From: an uncultured bacterium
Lineage (GTDB): Bacteria > Cyanobacteriota > Vampirovibrionia > Gastranaerophilales > Gastranaerophilaceae
Assembly: GCA_963839525.1 (NCBI GenBank)
Contig: CAWIVJ010000013.1
Coordinates: 3,183-67,182 of the forward strand
Direction of reading: 5' to 3'
Length of the DNA: 64,000 nt
Below the pieces are notes generated by a model. The model had not been told where the DNA came from. It made no database searches and saw only the letters and a list, made by a program, of their open reading frames with translations. Made by a program: the position numbers and the translations under genes. Positions within the stretch are counted from its first letter, which is position 1; every line of letters starts with the position of its first letter. This document shows, piece by piece, positions 9,395-18,066 of the stretch.

Positions 9395-9836
9395 TCATTC
9401 TCCTATCGGAATTTGGGTATTTAAAAAAGTATCCTTACAAAGACCTTTAATCCTCCACTGGCAACCCCCACAAAACTCTTCATGCTTTTTCGGAGTCATT
9501 AAAAACATAAGTCTTTCCGATAATATCACTGTATGCATAAGGTTTATTCGGCTCCAGCTCCAAAAATTTCCTAACTTTCTCATCAAGTTCTCTTAAAAAA
9601 TTTTTATTACAAGCAGGACCTTTTATGCCATCATTTGGACATCCCACACAAAGAGCGTCTTTTTCTGTAACCACAACTACTTTTTTGTCAGGGTTTCGTT
9701 TTAATAACAAAGAAATTCTGTCCCAACTGGTTTCCGTATGACTTGGACTATAAGCGTTCCCTTTATACCCGGGCAAACATAAAAAATGATGCCCGCGTAC
9801 CGGCATGCAATCCTGCAGGTTTAGTATTCTTACCAT
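9395..9836 (-). pseudogene. DUF1284-like Cys-rich protein split by a 1-nt frameshift
   Basis: ORF 9480..9836 (RGHHFLCLPGYKG..., CVGCPND) stops at TGA. The conserved C-terminal CGGCQW...C continues in the adjacent frame (ORF 9395..9586). The switch point is an A5 run (minus strand, plus coordinates 9486-9490). Confidence 0.6.
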
Positions 9837-10077
9837 AGTATATTCTCCATTCAGCTATCAATAATAATTAAAATATAAAAAAGATAAAAAATTGACATGA
9901 AAAAATATGTAAAATCCTTATACTTTAGGTTGAAAGCTTTAATTGACAAGGAAAGCAGCTCTAAAAAATTAAAGTTTACATTTTTTAATTATAATAATTG
10001 TTAAATTTTTTGTTTGTAGTATTATAATTATTGAGGTTACACTAGTCTGATAGGTTTTACCCTAGTTCTTTAGTAAC

Positions 10078-10102
10078 GTCTTGCTGAATTTATTTCAGCA
10101 TC
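10078..10102. repeat. solo arm of the REP/MITE-like element in the rpsB leader region
   Basis: GTCTTGCTGAATTTATTTCAGCATC, a single hairpin about 77 nt upstream of the rpsB ATG. Confidence 0.5.
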
Positions 10103-10178
10103 TCAAGGTTTATTGACCTGACGATTAGAATGGGACTATGTAGCTGGATATTACATTTAAAACATAAGGAGAAAACCG

Positions 10179-10997
10179 ATGCCGGTAGCGTCAATGATTG
10201 AACTTTTAGAAGCAGGTGTACACTTTGGTCACCAAACACAACGATGGAACCCAAAAATGAAACCGTATATTTACGGAGCAAGAAACGGAATCTATGTTAT
10301 AGATTTAAGAAAAACAACAGATATGCTTGATAAGGCTTATGAAGTTGTGAGAGAATTTTCATCACGCAATAAAAATATTCTTTTTGTCGGAACAAAAAGA
10401 CAAGCAACTGATGTGGTTACGGAAGAAGCAACAAGAGCAGGAGCTTATTACATCAACAGAAGATGGCTTGGAGGCTTGTTAACCAACTTTGAAACAATCC
10501 GTGCAAGAGTTAATAAATTAAGAGAACTTGAAGAGTTTATTGCAAGCGGTCATGCAGAAAAATTACCTAAAAAAGAAGTTGCTCAAATTCAACGCCAATT
10601 AGGTAAATTAAGTAAAACTTTGGGCGGAATTAAAAATATGAGAGGCTTACCTGATTTGATTTTTGTTGTTGATCAACAAAAAGAATTAATTGCTATTAAG
10701 GAAGCTAATAAGTTAAATATTCCTGTTATTTGTCTTGCGGATACCAATGCTAATCCTGATAATATCAATTACTTGGTACCGGGAAATGATGATGCTATAC
10801 GCTCAGTTAAGTTAATTACATCAAAACTTGCTGATGCTGTTTTAGAGGGTAAGCAGCTTAGAGAAAACAAAGCTAATGAAACTTCAAAAATCGAAAAAAT
10901 TTCTGCAAAAGATGCGGGAGTTTTAGAGGAAACGGCAGAAAGTCAACAAAAAACGGAAGAAGCCGTTGCTGTTGAAGAAAAAACTGAAAAAGAATAG
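10179..10997 (+). CDS. rpsB: 30S ribosomal protein S2
   Basis: [22 protein letters not shown] and the rest is S2-like. AAGGAG upstream of the ATG. Acidic C-terminal tail. Confidence 0.97.
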   Translation: MPVASMIELLEAGVHFGHQTQRWNPKMKPYIYGARNGIYVIDLRKTTDMLDKAYEVVREFSSRNKNILFVGTKRQATDVVTEEATRAGAYYINRRWLGGLLTNFETIRARVNKLRELEEFIASGHAEKLPKKEVAQIQRQLGKLSKTLGGIKNMRGLPDLIFVVDQQKELIAIKEANKLNIPVICLADTNANPDNINYLVPGNDDAIRSVKLITSKLADAVLEGKQLRENKANETSKIEKISAKDAGVLEETAESQQKTEEAVAVEEKTEKE

Positions 10998-11085
10998 AAA
11001 TTGAAAGGTAAACGGCAAATTTTCAATTCACAGTTTATCATTTATTGTTTACCCAAAAATTAAAAATAGAAAGGATTATAAATCA

Positions 11086-11952
11086 ATGGATATTACAGCT
11101 CAAATGGTAAAAGAACTTCGTGATAAAACAGGTGCAGGAATGATGGATTGCAAAAAAGCACTTACAGAGTCAGAAGGCGATATGGAAAAAGCGATAGAAG
11201 TTCTTCGTCAAAAAGGTGTTTCTTCCGCAGAAAAGAAAATGGGAAGAATTGCCGCAGAAGGTCTTATTACTTCTGCAATAAAAGGGAATAAAGGCGCAAT
11301 GGTTGAAGTTAACTGTGAAACAGATTTTGTTGCTAAAAATGAAGAGTTTAAAGAGCTTGCCCAAAAATTAGCAGAAGGAATTGCAGAAGGTGAAGCAAAT
11401 ACTGTTGAAGAACTATTAGATACAAACTGCCATGTCCTTAACAAAACTATTGGTGAAATGATTAAAGAAAAAATAGCTACAATTGGTGAAAAAATTACAT
11501 TAAGAAGATTTCAAAAATATGAAGGAAATCTTACAACTTATGTTCATAATGGTAAAATTGGCGTTATGCTTGTAACTGATAAAAAAGATGATGAAATTGC
11601 AAAGGATGTTTGTTTACATATAGCAAGCTCAGCTCCTGAGTTTTTGTCAAGAAACGATATTCCTTCTGAAGTAATTGAAGAAGAAAAAAGAATTGAAATG
11701 GGTAAAGAAGATTTACAAAATAAACCTGAAAATATCAGAGAAAAAATCGTTGAAGGCAGAGTTAACAAGCTTCTGGCGCAAAAATGTTTACTTGAGCAGC
11801 CTTTTGTTAAAAACCCTGATATAACAATTCAAGGATTTATTGAAGGTAAATTCACAATCCAAAAATTTGACAGATATGTTCTTGGTGAAGGGCTTGAAAA
11901 AAGACAAGAAAACTTTGCCGATGAAGTTATGAATCAGATTAAAGGCGAGTAA
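11086..11952 (+). CDS. tsf: translation elongation factor Ts
   Basis: VKELRDKTGAGMMDCKKAL N-terminus and canonical rpsB-tsf gene order. Confidence 0.97.
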   Translation: MDITAQMVKELRDKTGAGMMDCKKALTESEGDMEKAIEVLRQKGVSSAEKKMGRIAAEGLITSAIKGNKGAMVEVNCETDFVAKNEEFKELAQKLAEGIAEGEANTVEELLDTNCHVLNKTIGEMIKEKIATIGEKITLRRFQKYEGNLTTYVHNGKIGVMLVTDKKDDEIAKDVCLHIASSAPEFLSRNDIPSEVIEEEKRIEMGKEDLQNKPENIREKIVEGRVNKLLAQKCLLEQPFVKNPDITIQGFIEGKFTIQKFDRYVLGEGLEKRQENFADEVMNQIKGE

Positions 11953-12082
11953 AAAAAATCTTTTAGCAGGATGCAACCTCGCTAAAAAGTATAAAAAAAA
12001 GCATCTTGGACGTCCAAATTTAATTAATCTTTTGCCTAAAAGTCATGAAATAGACTCAATTTTAAGAGAGCAAGAAAGAATA

Positions 12083-13273
12083 TTAAAGAGTGTTTGTGGC
12101 GATATTTAACCAATTTTTAACATATTTTGCAACGTTATCAAAACCAATTAAATGTTTTAAATCTTTTGGCTCAATATTTTTGTGATAAAAAATTACCGGA
12201 ACATACTCGCGGGTATGATCAGTTCCTTCTACTGTAGGGTCACAACCGTGATCTGCTGTAATTACAAGCAAATCATCATCTTGCAGACTGTCGATAATTT
12301 CTCCCAAATAAATATCAATTTCTTCAAGAGCTTTTCCATAGCCTTTGGGGTCATTTCTATGACCGTAAAGCATATCAGTATCAACAAGATTAGTAAAAAT
12401 TAATGACTTATTAGGCTTGTCTAATTCAGCAATCTTAATTTCCTCTAAATCAAATTCTTTTTTAACAGCTTTTAATGTTAATTCAAGACCTTCTTTATTA
12501 TTCCCGATATGCACTGCATGAGTTATGCCGGACTTGGAGAAAATATCCTCAATTTTTCCTATAGCAATAACTTCACCGCCTGATTCCTGAACCCCATTTA
12601 ATAATGTAGGCTTCGGCGGAACAACAGAATAATCTCTTCTGTCTTTCGAAATTCTGGTAGGCTTGCCATCAATAATTTGATAAGGACGGGCTATAACACG
12701 TGACACATTGTATTTTGAATTATCTAAAATTTCTCGTGCAATTTCACACCATTTATAAAGTTTTTCAAGTGGTATTACATCAATATCAACAGCAATTTGA
12801 AAGACACTGTCAGCACTCGTGTAAACAATCGGATATTTTGTTTCTTGATGCTCTTCATTTAAATCTTCAATAATTTTTGTTCCGCTTGCAGGGTAATTTC
12901 CCAGAATCGCACTGCAATCTGTCTGTTCAATAAATTCATTTATTAATTCGTTAGGGAATCCTTTAGGAAAAGTGGCAAAAGGTTTATCCAGAATAAGTCC
13001 TGCAATTTCCCAGTGACCTATTGTTGTATCTTTTCCTTTTGATTTTTCCGCCATTATGCCATACTGCGCAATAGGGTTAGGAATAGGGCAAATTCCTACA
13101 CATTCTTGAACATTCCCGAGCCCTAATTTCTGTAAATTCGGTAATTTAAGACCACCGCAAAATTCGGCAACATTTTTAAGTGTATTGCATTCGGGAACGT
13201 CATTATATTCGCTGCAATCAGGCATTGCTCCTATACCCATTGAATCTATTACTATTATAATTGCCCGTTTCAT
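12083..13273 (-). CDS. deoB: phosphopentomutase
   Basis: MKRAIIIVIDSMGIGAMPD and TADHGCDPT..GTDHTREYVP motifs. Start moved to ATG 13273, which has AAGGTG 6 nt upstream. Confidence 0.9.
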   Translation of the reverse strand: MKRAIIIVIDSMGIGAMPDCSEYNDVPECNTLKNVAEFCGGLKLPNLQKLGLGNVQECVGICPIPNPIAQYGIMAEKSKGKDTTIGHWEIAGLILDKPFATFPKGFPNELINEFIEQTDCSAILGNYPASGTKIIEDLNEEHQETKYPIVYTSADSVFQIAVDIDVIPLEKLYKWCEIAREILDNSKYNVSRVIARPYQIIDGKPTRISKDRRDYSVVPPKPTLLNGVQESGGEVIAIGKIEDIFSKSGITHAVHIGNNKEGLELTLKAVKKEFDLEEIKIAELDKPNKSLIFTNLVDTDMLYGHRNDPKGYGKALEEIDIYLGEIIDSLQDDDLLVITADHGCDPTVEGTDHTREYVPVIFYHKNIEPKDLKHLIGFDNVAKYVKNWLNIATNTL

Positions 13274-13424
13274 TTTTGCACCTTTTTTAATCAAAGTATT
13301 AATTATTTTAAGCTACTTAATCTTTAAGCCTCAAACTTACTCCCTTTTTTTACTAAATATATTAACATGAAATTATCTTTATGGTTTAATTGTAATGTTA
13401 TAACAGAATAAAGGGAAAAAACAA

Positions 13425-14084
13425 ATGCAAGCACGCAGAGCCGCCAGGGAATTGGCTTTAATATTATTCTCGCAACTTGATAAAAAGCTTAAAGCTTATT
13501 CAAAAGAAGATTTTGAAGATATATTGTTAAAATCTGTAAGAATTTTAACAAATAATGCAAGTGAAGAACTAAAATTAACGGTAGGTTCTTTGTTTGAAAT
13601 GAAATCTTTTATAGACGATTATGAAGCAGGACACGAAGATAATCTTCAACGTCCGATAGGTGTAGCAAATATTCCTGTACAAATTCCAATGACTTCGGAT
13701 ATGACAGGAAGAATCAATGAAATGATTGAAATTGCGGAAAAAGCACTTTGGGCTCTTGAAATAGCTGAAATCACAACACTTGAGAATAAAAATGAAGTTA
13801 AAGATTATACGGTGTCAATAGCTGAAAATTTTAAAGAGAATGCAGCATTTATTGATGGGCAAATTCAAAAATTTGCTAAAGGCTGGAACATCGAAAGACT
13901 TGTCAAAATGGACAAAGATATTTTACGTATAGCAATTACTGAGCTATTATATATACATGATGCTCCAATGAAAGTAATTGTAGATGAAGCATTAGAGTTG
14001 GCAAAAAAATATTCTACGGATGAAAGTTCATCGTTCATAAATGGTATTCTTGCAAAAGTAATTGTCGAAAACGGAGTATCATAA
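13425..14084 (+). CDS. nusB: transcription antitermination factor NusB (long form, 219 aa)
   Basis: RRAARELALILFSQ N-terminus and a C-terminal DEALELAKKYSTDESSSFINGILAKV NusB signature. Confidence 0.85.
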   Translation: MQARRAARELALILFSQLDKKLKAYSKEDFEDILLKSVRILTNNASEELKLTVGSLFEMKSFIDDYEAGHEDNLQRPIGVANIPVQIPMTSDMTGRINEMIEIAEKALWALEIAEITTLENKNEVKDYTVSIAENFKENAAFIDGQIQKFAKGWNIERLVKMDKDILRIAITELLYIHDAPMKVIVDEALELAKKYSTDESSSFINGILAKVIVENGVS

Positions 14085-14085
14085 A

Positions 14086-14181
14086 GTGAGGTTATAGGAG
14101 CATTAGGTTATAGGTTTATAAGTTAACAATCCTGTAAATTTAACCTATCACCTCATAATCTTATCACCCTATAAACCTAAG
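14086..14181. repeat. dyad-symmetric intergenic element built from AGGT(T/G)ATAGG-like 11-mers (two direct, then two inverted)
   Basis: GTGAGGTTATAGG..TTAGGTTATAGG on the left; AACCTATCACCTC..CACCCTATAAACC on the right. Lies between nusB and ftsY. Confidence 0.4.
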
Positions 14182-14188
14182 AGGGCAT

Positions 14189-15106
14189 ATGTTTAATTTT
14201 TTTGGGCTTAAATTTGATAAATTAAAACAAACAGTTTCTCAAACAGCAGAAACTCTTGTTGATAAGGTAGTTGAAAGTGTTGAAGAAGAAGCAGAATTTT
14301 CCGATTTTGTCCTTGACGATATGGAAGATTTACTTATTCGTGCAGATTTAGGTGTAAATTATGCTTCGGAATTAGTAGATAAACTCAGAAACCAGGATAA
14401 AATTAAACCATCTGAAGTTAAAAATTATTTGAAAAATGAATTTTTAAAAACTTTATCCGAAACAGGCGAAACAAAATTAAATTATAAAGAAAATGATTTA
14501 AATATTTATTTTATTTCAGGTGTAAACGGTGTAGGAAAAACAACGTTAATCGGGAAACTTGCATATAGATTTAAACTTGAAAATAAAAAAGTTTTAATTG
14601 CAGCCGGAGATACTTTTAGAGCTGCTGCAGAAGAACAGCTTGATATCTGGTCAAAAAGAGCCGGTGCAGATATTTTAAGACGCGATAAAGCTGATCCCGC
14701 ATCCGTTGTTTATGAGGCAATTCAGAAAGCAAAAAATGAAAACCACGATGTAATTTTGATTGATACAGCAGGAAGATTACAAAATAAATACAATTTAATG
14801 GAAGAATTGTCAAAAATTAAAGCGGTTATTGATAAAAATGCTTCCGAGAATTTGCATGAATGCATTTTGGTACTTGATGCCAATACCGGACAAAACGGTC
14901 TTCAACAGGCAAAAATTTTTCAAGAAGCAGTTAACTTGACTTGTGTTGCATTAACAAAATTGGATGGCTCCGCAAAAGGTGCTATTGTTCTTGCAATTGC
15001 AAAAGAATTGAAATTACCTGTAAAACTAATAGGTGTTGGTGAAAAAATGGAAGATTTGAAAGATTTTAATCCAACAGATTTTATAAATGCTCTTTTTGCA
15101 AAATAA
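14189..15106 (+). CDS. ftsY: signal recognition particle receptor FtsY
   Basis: GVNGVGKTT, DTAGRL and TKLDG SRP-GTPase motifs. Confidence 0.95.
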   Translation: MFNFFGLKFDKLKQTVSQTAETLVDKVVESVEEEAEFSDFVLDDMEDLLIRADLGVNYASELVDKLRNQDKIKPSEVKNYLKNEFLKTLSETGETKLNYKENDLNIYFISGVNGVGKTTLIGKLAYRFKLENKKVLIAAGDTFRAAAEEQLDIWSKRAGADILRRDKADPASVVYEAIQKAKNENHDVILIDTAGRLQNKYNLMEELSKIKAVIDKNASENLHECILVLDANTGQNGLQQAKIFQEAVNLTCVALTKLDGSAKGAIVLAIAKELKLPVKLIGVGEKMEDLKDFNPTDFINALFAK

Positions 15107-15183
15107 AACAATTATGCAAAGAAAGCTTTCAGGTTGTTTGATACCATTGTGATAATGGTTACAGTAATGGGTATTTTTATTTT

Positions 15184-15504
15184 TTATGCTTCTTGGCATG
15201 TTAAATTTGCAATAGCTTCATGCAAAGCTTTATTTTTGCTGATTTTACGTGCTTTCGCATATTCTTTTAAACTAATAATGTCAGCTTCTTCAAGATCAAA
15301 GGCTTCACGTTTTTTAGCAACGTATTCTTTTTTTCTGCCTGCCCCTTTTCTTGCACCACCTCTGAAAGTCTTTTTATAATAATCAACACCTGAAATTTGC
15401 TCAAATTCTTCTTTGCTGATAATTGTTTCATCAGCTTCGATTTGGCTATTCAATTTTTTAGTTACAAATCCTTCTGCGTCTTTAACGTAAACATATTTAT
15501 TCAT
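15184..15504 (-). CDS. hypothetical small basic protein (possible RHH/CopG-like DNA binder)
   Basis: 106-aa ORF with GGAG upstream. GGARKGAGRKK basic patch followed by a helical C-terminus. Family assignment is a guess. Confidence 0.4.
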   Translation of the reverse strand: MNKYVYVKDAEGFVTKKLNSQIEADETIISKEEFEQISGVDYYKKTFRGGARKGAGRKKEYVAKKREAFDLEEADIISLKEYAKARKISKNKALHEAIANLTCQEA

Positions 15505-15568
15505 AACATATCTCCTTATGGTTCCAATCTTTTTGGGCTTTTTTTAATTTTTCTACTTTAATTACTTT

Positions 15569-15830
15569 TTAATTTAAAAGATGTTTATTTCCTGTTATCA
15601 CTTCTAGCGGTGAATTCAACACCTTAAAATCAACGTCATCGGTCACAAGTTTAAAACCATTGTAATTACACAAAAAATTGAAGTATTCATCATTAAAATC
15701 AATACTTAAACCATGCTTTCCCTATTTTATAGGGATATTTTTTTTGTTAAACGCAATAGTAATTAAAGAGATTCCCTTGTCTTCTTTGTTTTTAATTCTA
15801 GTTGCTTTGCTTGTTATTCCAATTACCTCT
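15569..15830 (-). pseudogene. PIN-like (VapC-type) C-terminal remnant with in-frame TAG and no start
   Basis: Minus-strand frame reads ...ITIAFNKKNIPIK*GKHGLSIDFNDEYFNFLCNYNGFKLVTDDVDFKVL...*. The N-terminus is cut off by the integrase fragment. Confidence 0.3.
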
Positions 15831-16016
15831 AAACGTCTAGGTCATTCAAAAGTAAGCACAACTACAGATTTTTATAGTCATTTAATGTTTAAAGCGGATG
15901 AAGTAGCTTCCAATACATTAGCGGGAATATTTTTAATAAGCAAGAAAACAAAGAGAATGTCGAACAGGTTGAAAAATAAAAGTTGGACAAAAGTTGTAAA
16001 TTATCAGGCACTTTGA
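15822..16016 (+). pseudogene. tyrosine recombinase C-terminal fragment
   Basis: TSKRLGHSKVSTTTDFYSHLMFKADEVASNTLAGIFL parallels ISKRLGHSKVSTTTDIYSHLMQKADETASDTLANLLL of the integrase at 27.6 kb, including the catalytic Tyr region. Upstream of it the ORF is unrelated hydrophobic sequence. Confidence 0.7.
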
Positions 16017-16050
16017 GCTGAAGTAGCAAAGAGTTTGAGATTGTTTTTAA

Positions 16051-16305
16051 TTAAAAGTTATTATTTAATAACTCTTTCAAATCCAAGTTTAATGCATTAG
16101 CAATTGCACACATTGATTCTAATGTTGGAGATTTTTCAGCTCTCTCTATATCACCAATAGAATTTCTATGCATATTTGCAAGTTCAGCCAAATCTTCTTG
16201 AGATAATTTTTGTTTTTTTCTTTCAACCATTATCTTAAAGCCAAAATTTTTAGATATTTTTTTGTAATTGTTTTTCATATGCATATTATTGTATGCTATT
16301 GACAT
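16051..16305 (-). CDS. XRE-family helix-turn-helix transcriptional regulator
   Basis: KLSQEDLAELANMHRNSIGDIERAEKSPTLESMCAIANALNLDLKELL is a typical HTH_3 pattern. Confidence 0.8.
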   Translation of the reverse strand: MSIAYNNMHMKNNYKKISKNFGFKIMVERKKQKLSQEDLAELANMHRNSIGDIERAEKSPTLESMCAIANALNLDLKELLNNNF

Positions 16306-16367
16306 ATTTAAATCTACATTTTATAATATAAAAAAGTGGACTAAAGTAGTCTAAAAAGGAGCGAGTA

Positions 16368-16580
16368 ATGAATGAACTTAAAAATTATAGTTTTACAGAG
16401 CACGAATTTAGGCAAATGGGAAAATTAGCGGATGATATTTATAATGCAGGGATTGTTTTAGAATGTTTTTGTGAAGCAAATATTGAAATTGAAGAGGTTC
16501 AAAATCTTTTTCCCATTTTGAAATATTTGCATAAAAACGCTGATATACTCAATTGCATTTTTATAAATTATGAAAAATAA
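16368..16580 (+). CDS. hypothetical protein (70 aa), divergent from the XRE gene
   Basis: ORF with AAGGAG upstream; no family recognised. Confidence 0.4.
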   Translation: MNELKNYSFTEHEFRQMGKLADDIYNAGIVLECFCEANIEIEEVQNLFPILKYLHKNADILNCIFINYEK

Positions 16581-16777
16581 CTTCAGTCTGTAGATGGAAT
16601 TACTATTCTGCCAAAAATTAATTTAAGGACTAAATTTACGGTGTGTCTAAAGACAGCACCTTACAAGCTGAATGAAAAAATACAAGTTGTATAAAACAAG
16701 TTTTAATACCATAATATTAATAGGGGGGATTTTTTTAAATATTTTTTTACCATTTATTAGAAAAAAAGGAGGTTAAC

Positions 16778-17173
16778 ATGAATATGCAAAGAAGTAGCAG
16801 AGAAGAGTATACACCTGAGATTTTTGAAAAATTAGAAAATTTAATTAAAGAAAAATTTAATTCTGAAGACTCTCAAATCGTTATAACAGTTGATATAACT
16901 ACTCAAAATAATCCTGTATTTGTATTAAAAATAATGGAAGATTATGGTTATACTAATGAGCGTTCTCAAAGAGAAAAAACATTAAGAATTTGGGAGGAAA
17001 ATGGACAAGAAAGAAGTGGTTTAAATACATTTGATTTTATCATTTACTATAATCAAGATGAAGGAAAATATAAACTAAAAACCAAGAATGATGAATATAT
17101 TGATTTATCCACTAAAGACTTAGAGCGGATTTATAATGAACAATATAAAATTTATAAACCTGCTGTTTTATAA
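16778..17173 (+). CDS. hypothetical protein (131 aa)
   Basis: ORF with AAGGAGG upstream and a terminator hairpin downstream. Confidence 0.5.
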   Translation: MNMQRSSREEYTPEIFEKLENLIKEKFNSEDSQIVITVDITTQNNPVFVLKIMEDYGYTNERSQREKTLRIWEENGQERSGLNTFDFIIYYNQDEGKYKLKTKNDEYIDLSTKDLERIYNEQYKIYKPAVL

Positions 17174-17217
17174 ATTGCTTGCCTTGTCAAACATAGTTCT
17201 GATTTCATCAAAAGGTA

Positions 17218-17246
17218 GGTCAGGCATTGCCTGACCTTTACTTTCA
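17218..17246 (+). terminator. intrinsic terminator after ORF 16778..17173
   Basis: AGGTCAGGCA-T-TGCCTGACCT palindrome followed by TTACTTT. Confidence 0.55.
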
Positions 17247-17488
17247 AACTGCATAATCTGTTCATTGACTTAAAAGGTTTGTGTTTCTAAGATTGGAGGC
17301 ATAATTTGCATACTTCAGGTATGCACAAATGATGAACGAAATGTGCATTTTCATGCACTTTGACTCAAACTCATTTCCGACTTTCAGAATCGGTGGGATG
17401 GTAATCCCACCCTACTCTTCGCCTTTTGCATTTGACCTTTTGCCTGCATCAACTTGCATGAAAAAATACAAAAGTTGGACATTTGCAT

Positions 17489-17519
17489 AAAAAAAGAAGG
17501 TTTAAAACCTTCTTTTTTA
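17489..17519. terminator. bidirectional intrinsic terminator; native terminator of the tRNA-Arg gene
   Basis: A-run, AGAAGGTT-TAA-AACCTTCT, then T-run, immediately 3' (minus strand) of the tRNA-Arg fragment. Confidence 0.65.
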
Positions 17520-17520
17520 T

Positions 17521-17565
17521 TGGTACGCCCGGAGGGATTCGAACCCCCGACCTTTTGGTTCGTAG
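17521..17565 (-). tRNA. partial tRNA-Arg(ACG): nt 32-76 only (anticodon loop to CCA). This is the displaced native 3' part and forms one att duplication
   Basis: The reverse complement reads CT ACG AA CCAAA AGGTC GGGGG TTCGAAT CCCTC CGGGCGT A CCA. No D-arm or 5' acceptor strand lies upstream of it. Confidence 0.8.
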
Positions 17566-17792
17566 TTGAAAAAGTTACTTTTTATAGCTTTTGGTAATTT
17601 ATCGTAAAGCTAAGTAAAATAAGAGTTTTTGGTTTATAAGCGTTAGTAATTTAAAGTGATTTTTGTTGAATTTTAATAAAATAGTTGAATTATTGTTGAA
17701 TTATTTTTAAGGATTATGAAAATATACCCTTAAGCCCGTACACAGTTTTATATATTCCAAAGATAAACTCTTAAAATTGCCCCATTAATCCT

Positions 17793-17960
17793 ATGCAGAA
17801 ATTTGTTTTTAATAATCCACAACCTGTAGCTCATGCAAGAGCATGGATTAAATTCCTTTTTGGCAGTATAATTCCTTATCTGATGATTTTAGCAGGGCTT
17901 AAATGGCTTGCCGTGGGCTGTGAATTTAAAAATACGCCTATTTATAACCCAATTTTTTAA
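17793..17960 (+). CDS. possible 55-aa small hydrophobic protein (below the track cutoff)
   Basis: ATG..TAA ORF MQKFVFNNPQPVAHARAWIKFLFGSIIPYLMILAGLKWLAVGCEFKNTPIYNPIF with one predicted TM-like stretch. No clear SD. Confidence 0.2.
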   Translation: MQKFVFNNPQPVAHARAWIKFLFGSIIPYLMILAGLKWLAVGCEFKNTPIYNPIF

Positions 17961-18002
17961 TTCTTCTTTTTTGTTCCTTATTGTATTTAAATCACTTTAA
18001 TC

Positions 18003-18031
18003 TTGACTATTTAAATAATATCAGGTAATAT
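18003..18031 (+). promoter_or_regulatory. sigma70-like promoter for the fic gene
   Basis: TTGACT (18003-18008), 17-nt spacer, TAATAT (18026-18031). Confidence 0.4.
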
Positions 18032-18066
18032 TAGATATTATTAGATAATATTAGGTATTATTAGAT
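18027..18066 (+). repeat. 2 x 20-bp tandem direct repeat filling the fic leader
   Basis: AATATTAGATATTATTAGAT / AATATTAGGTATTATTAGAT, ending exactly at the ATG. No purine-rich SD. Confidence 0.6.

Larger units (their letters stand above)
15184..17173. mobile_element. older mobile-element remnant: integrase fragment, PIN-like fragment, XRE regulator and small ORFs
   Basis: Contains a C-terminal integrase fragment paralogous to the 26.5-27.8 kb integrase, plus truncated ORFs. It lies directly after the core gene ftsY. Confidence 0.4.

Noticed and set aside
9892-10028. Several TTGACA-like hexamers and a TATAAT (10023-10028) upstream of rpsB as promoter calls
   Set aside because: The spacings to plausible partner hexamers are off (12, 21 or 16 nt with weak -35 boxes). 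In AT-rich DNA such hexamers are frequent, so this is too uncertain to list as a feature.
15134-15379. 81-aa plus-strand ORF and many other 60-140 aa ORFs antisense to long genes (for example 1977..2171, 2400..2687, 6657..6875, 11170..11768, 36170..36556, 38643..38921, 41048..41350, 46734..47150, 57028..58088)
   Set aside because: They lie entirely within and antisense to well-supported CDSs, have low-complexity or hydrophobic junk translations, and lack SD sequences. They are typical shadow ORFs of an AT-rich genome.
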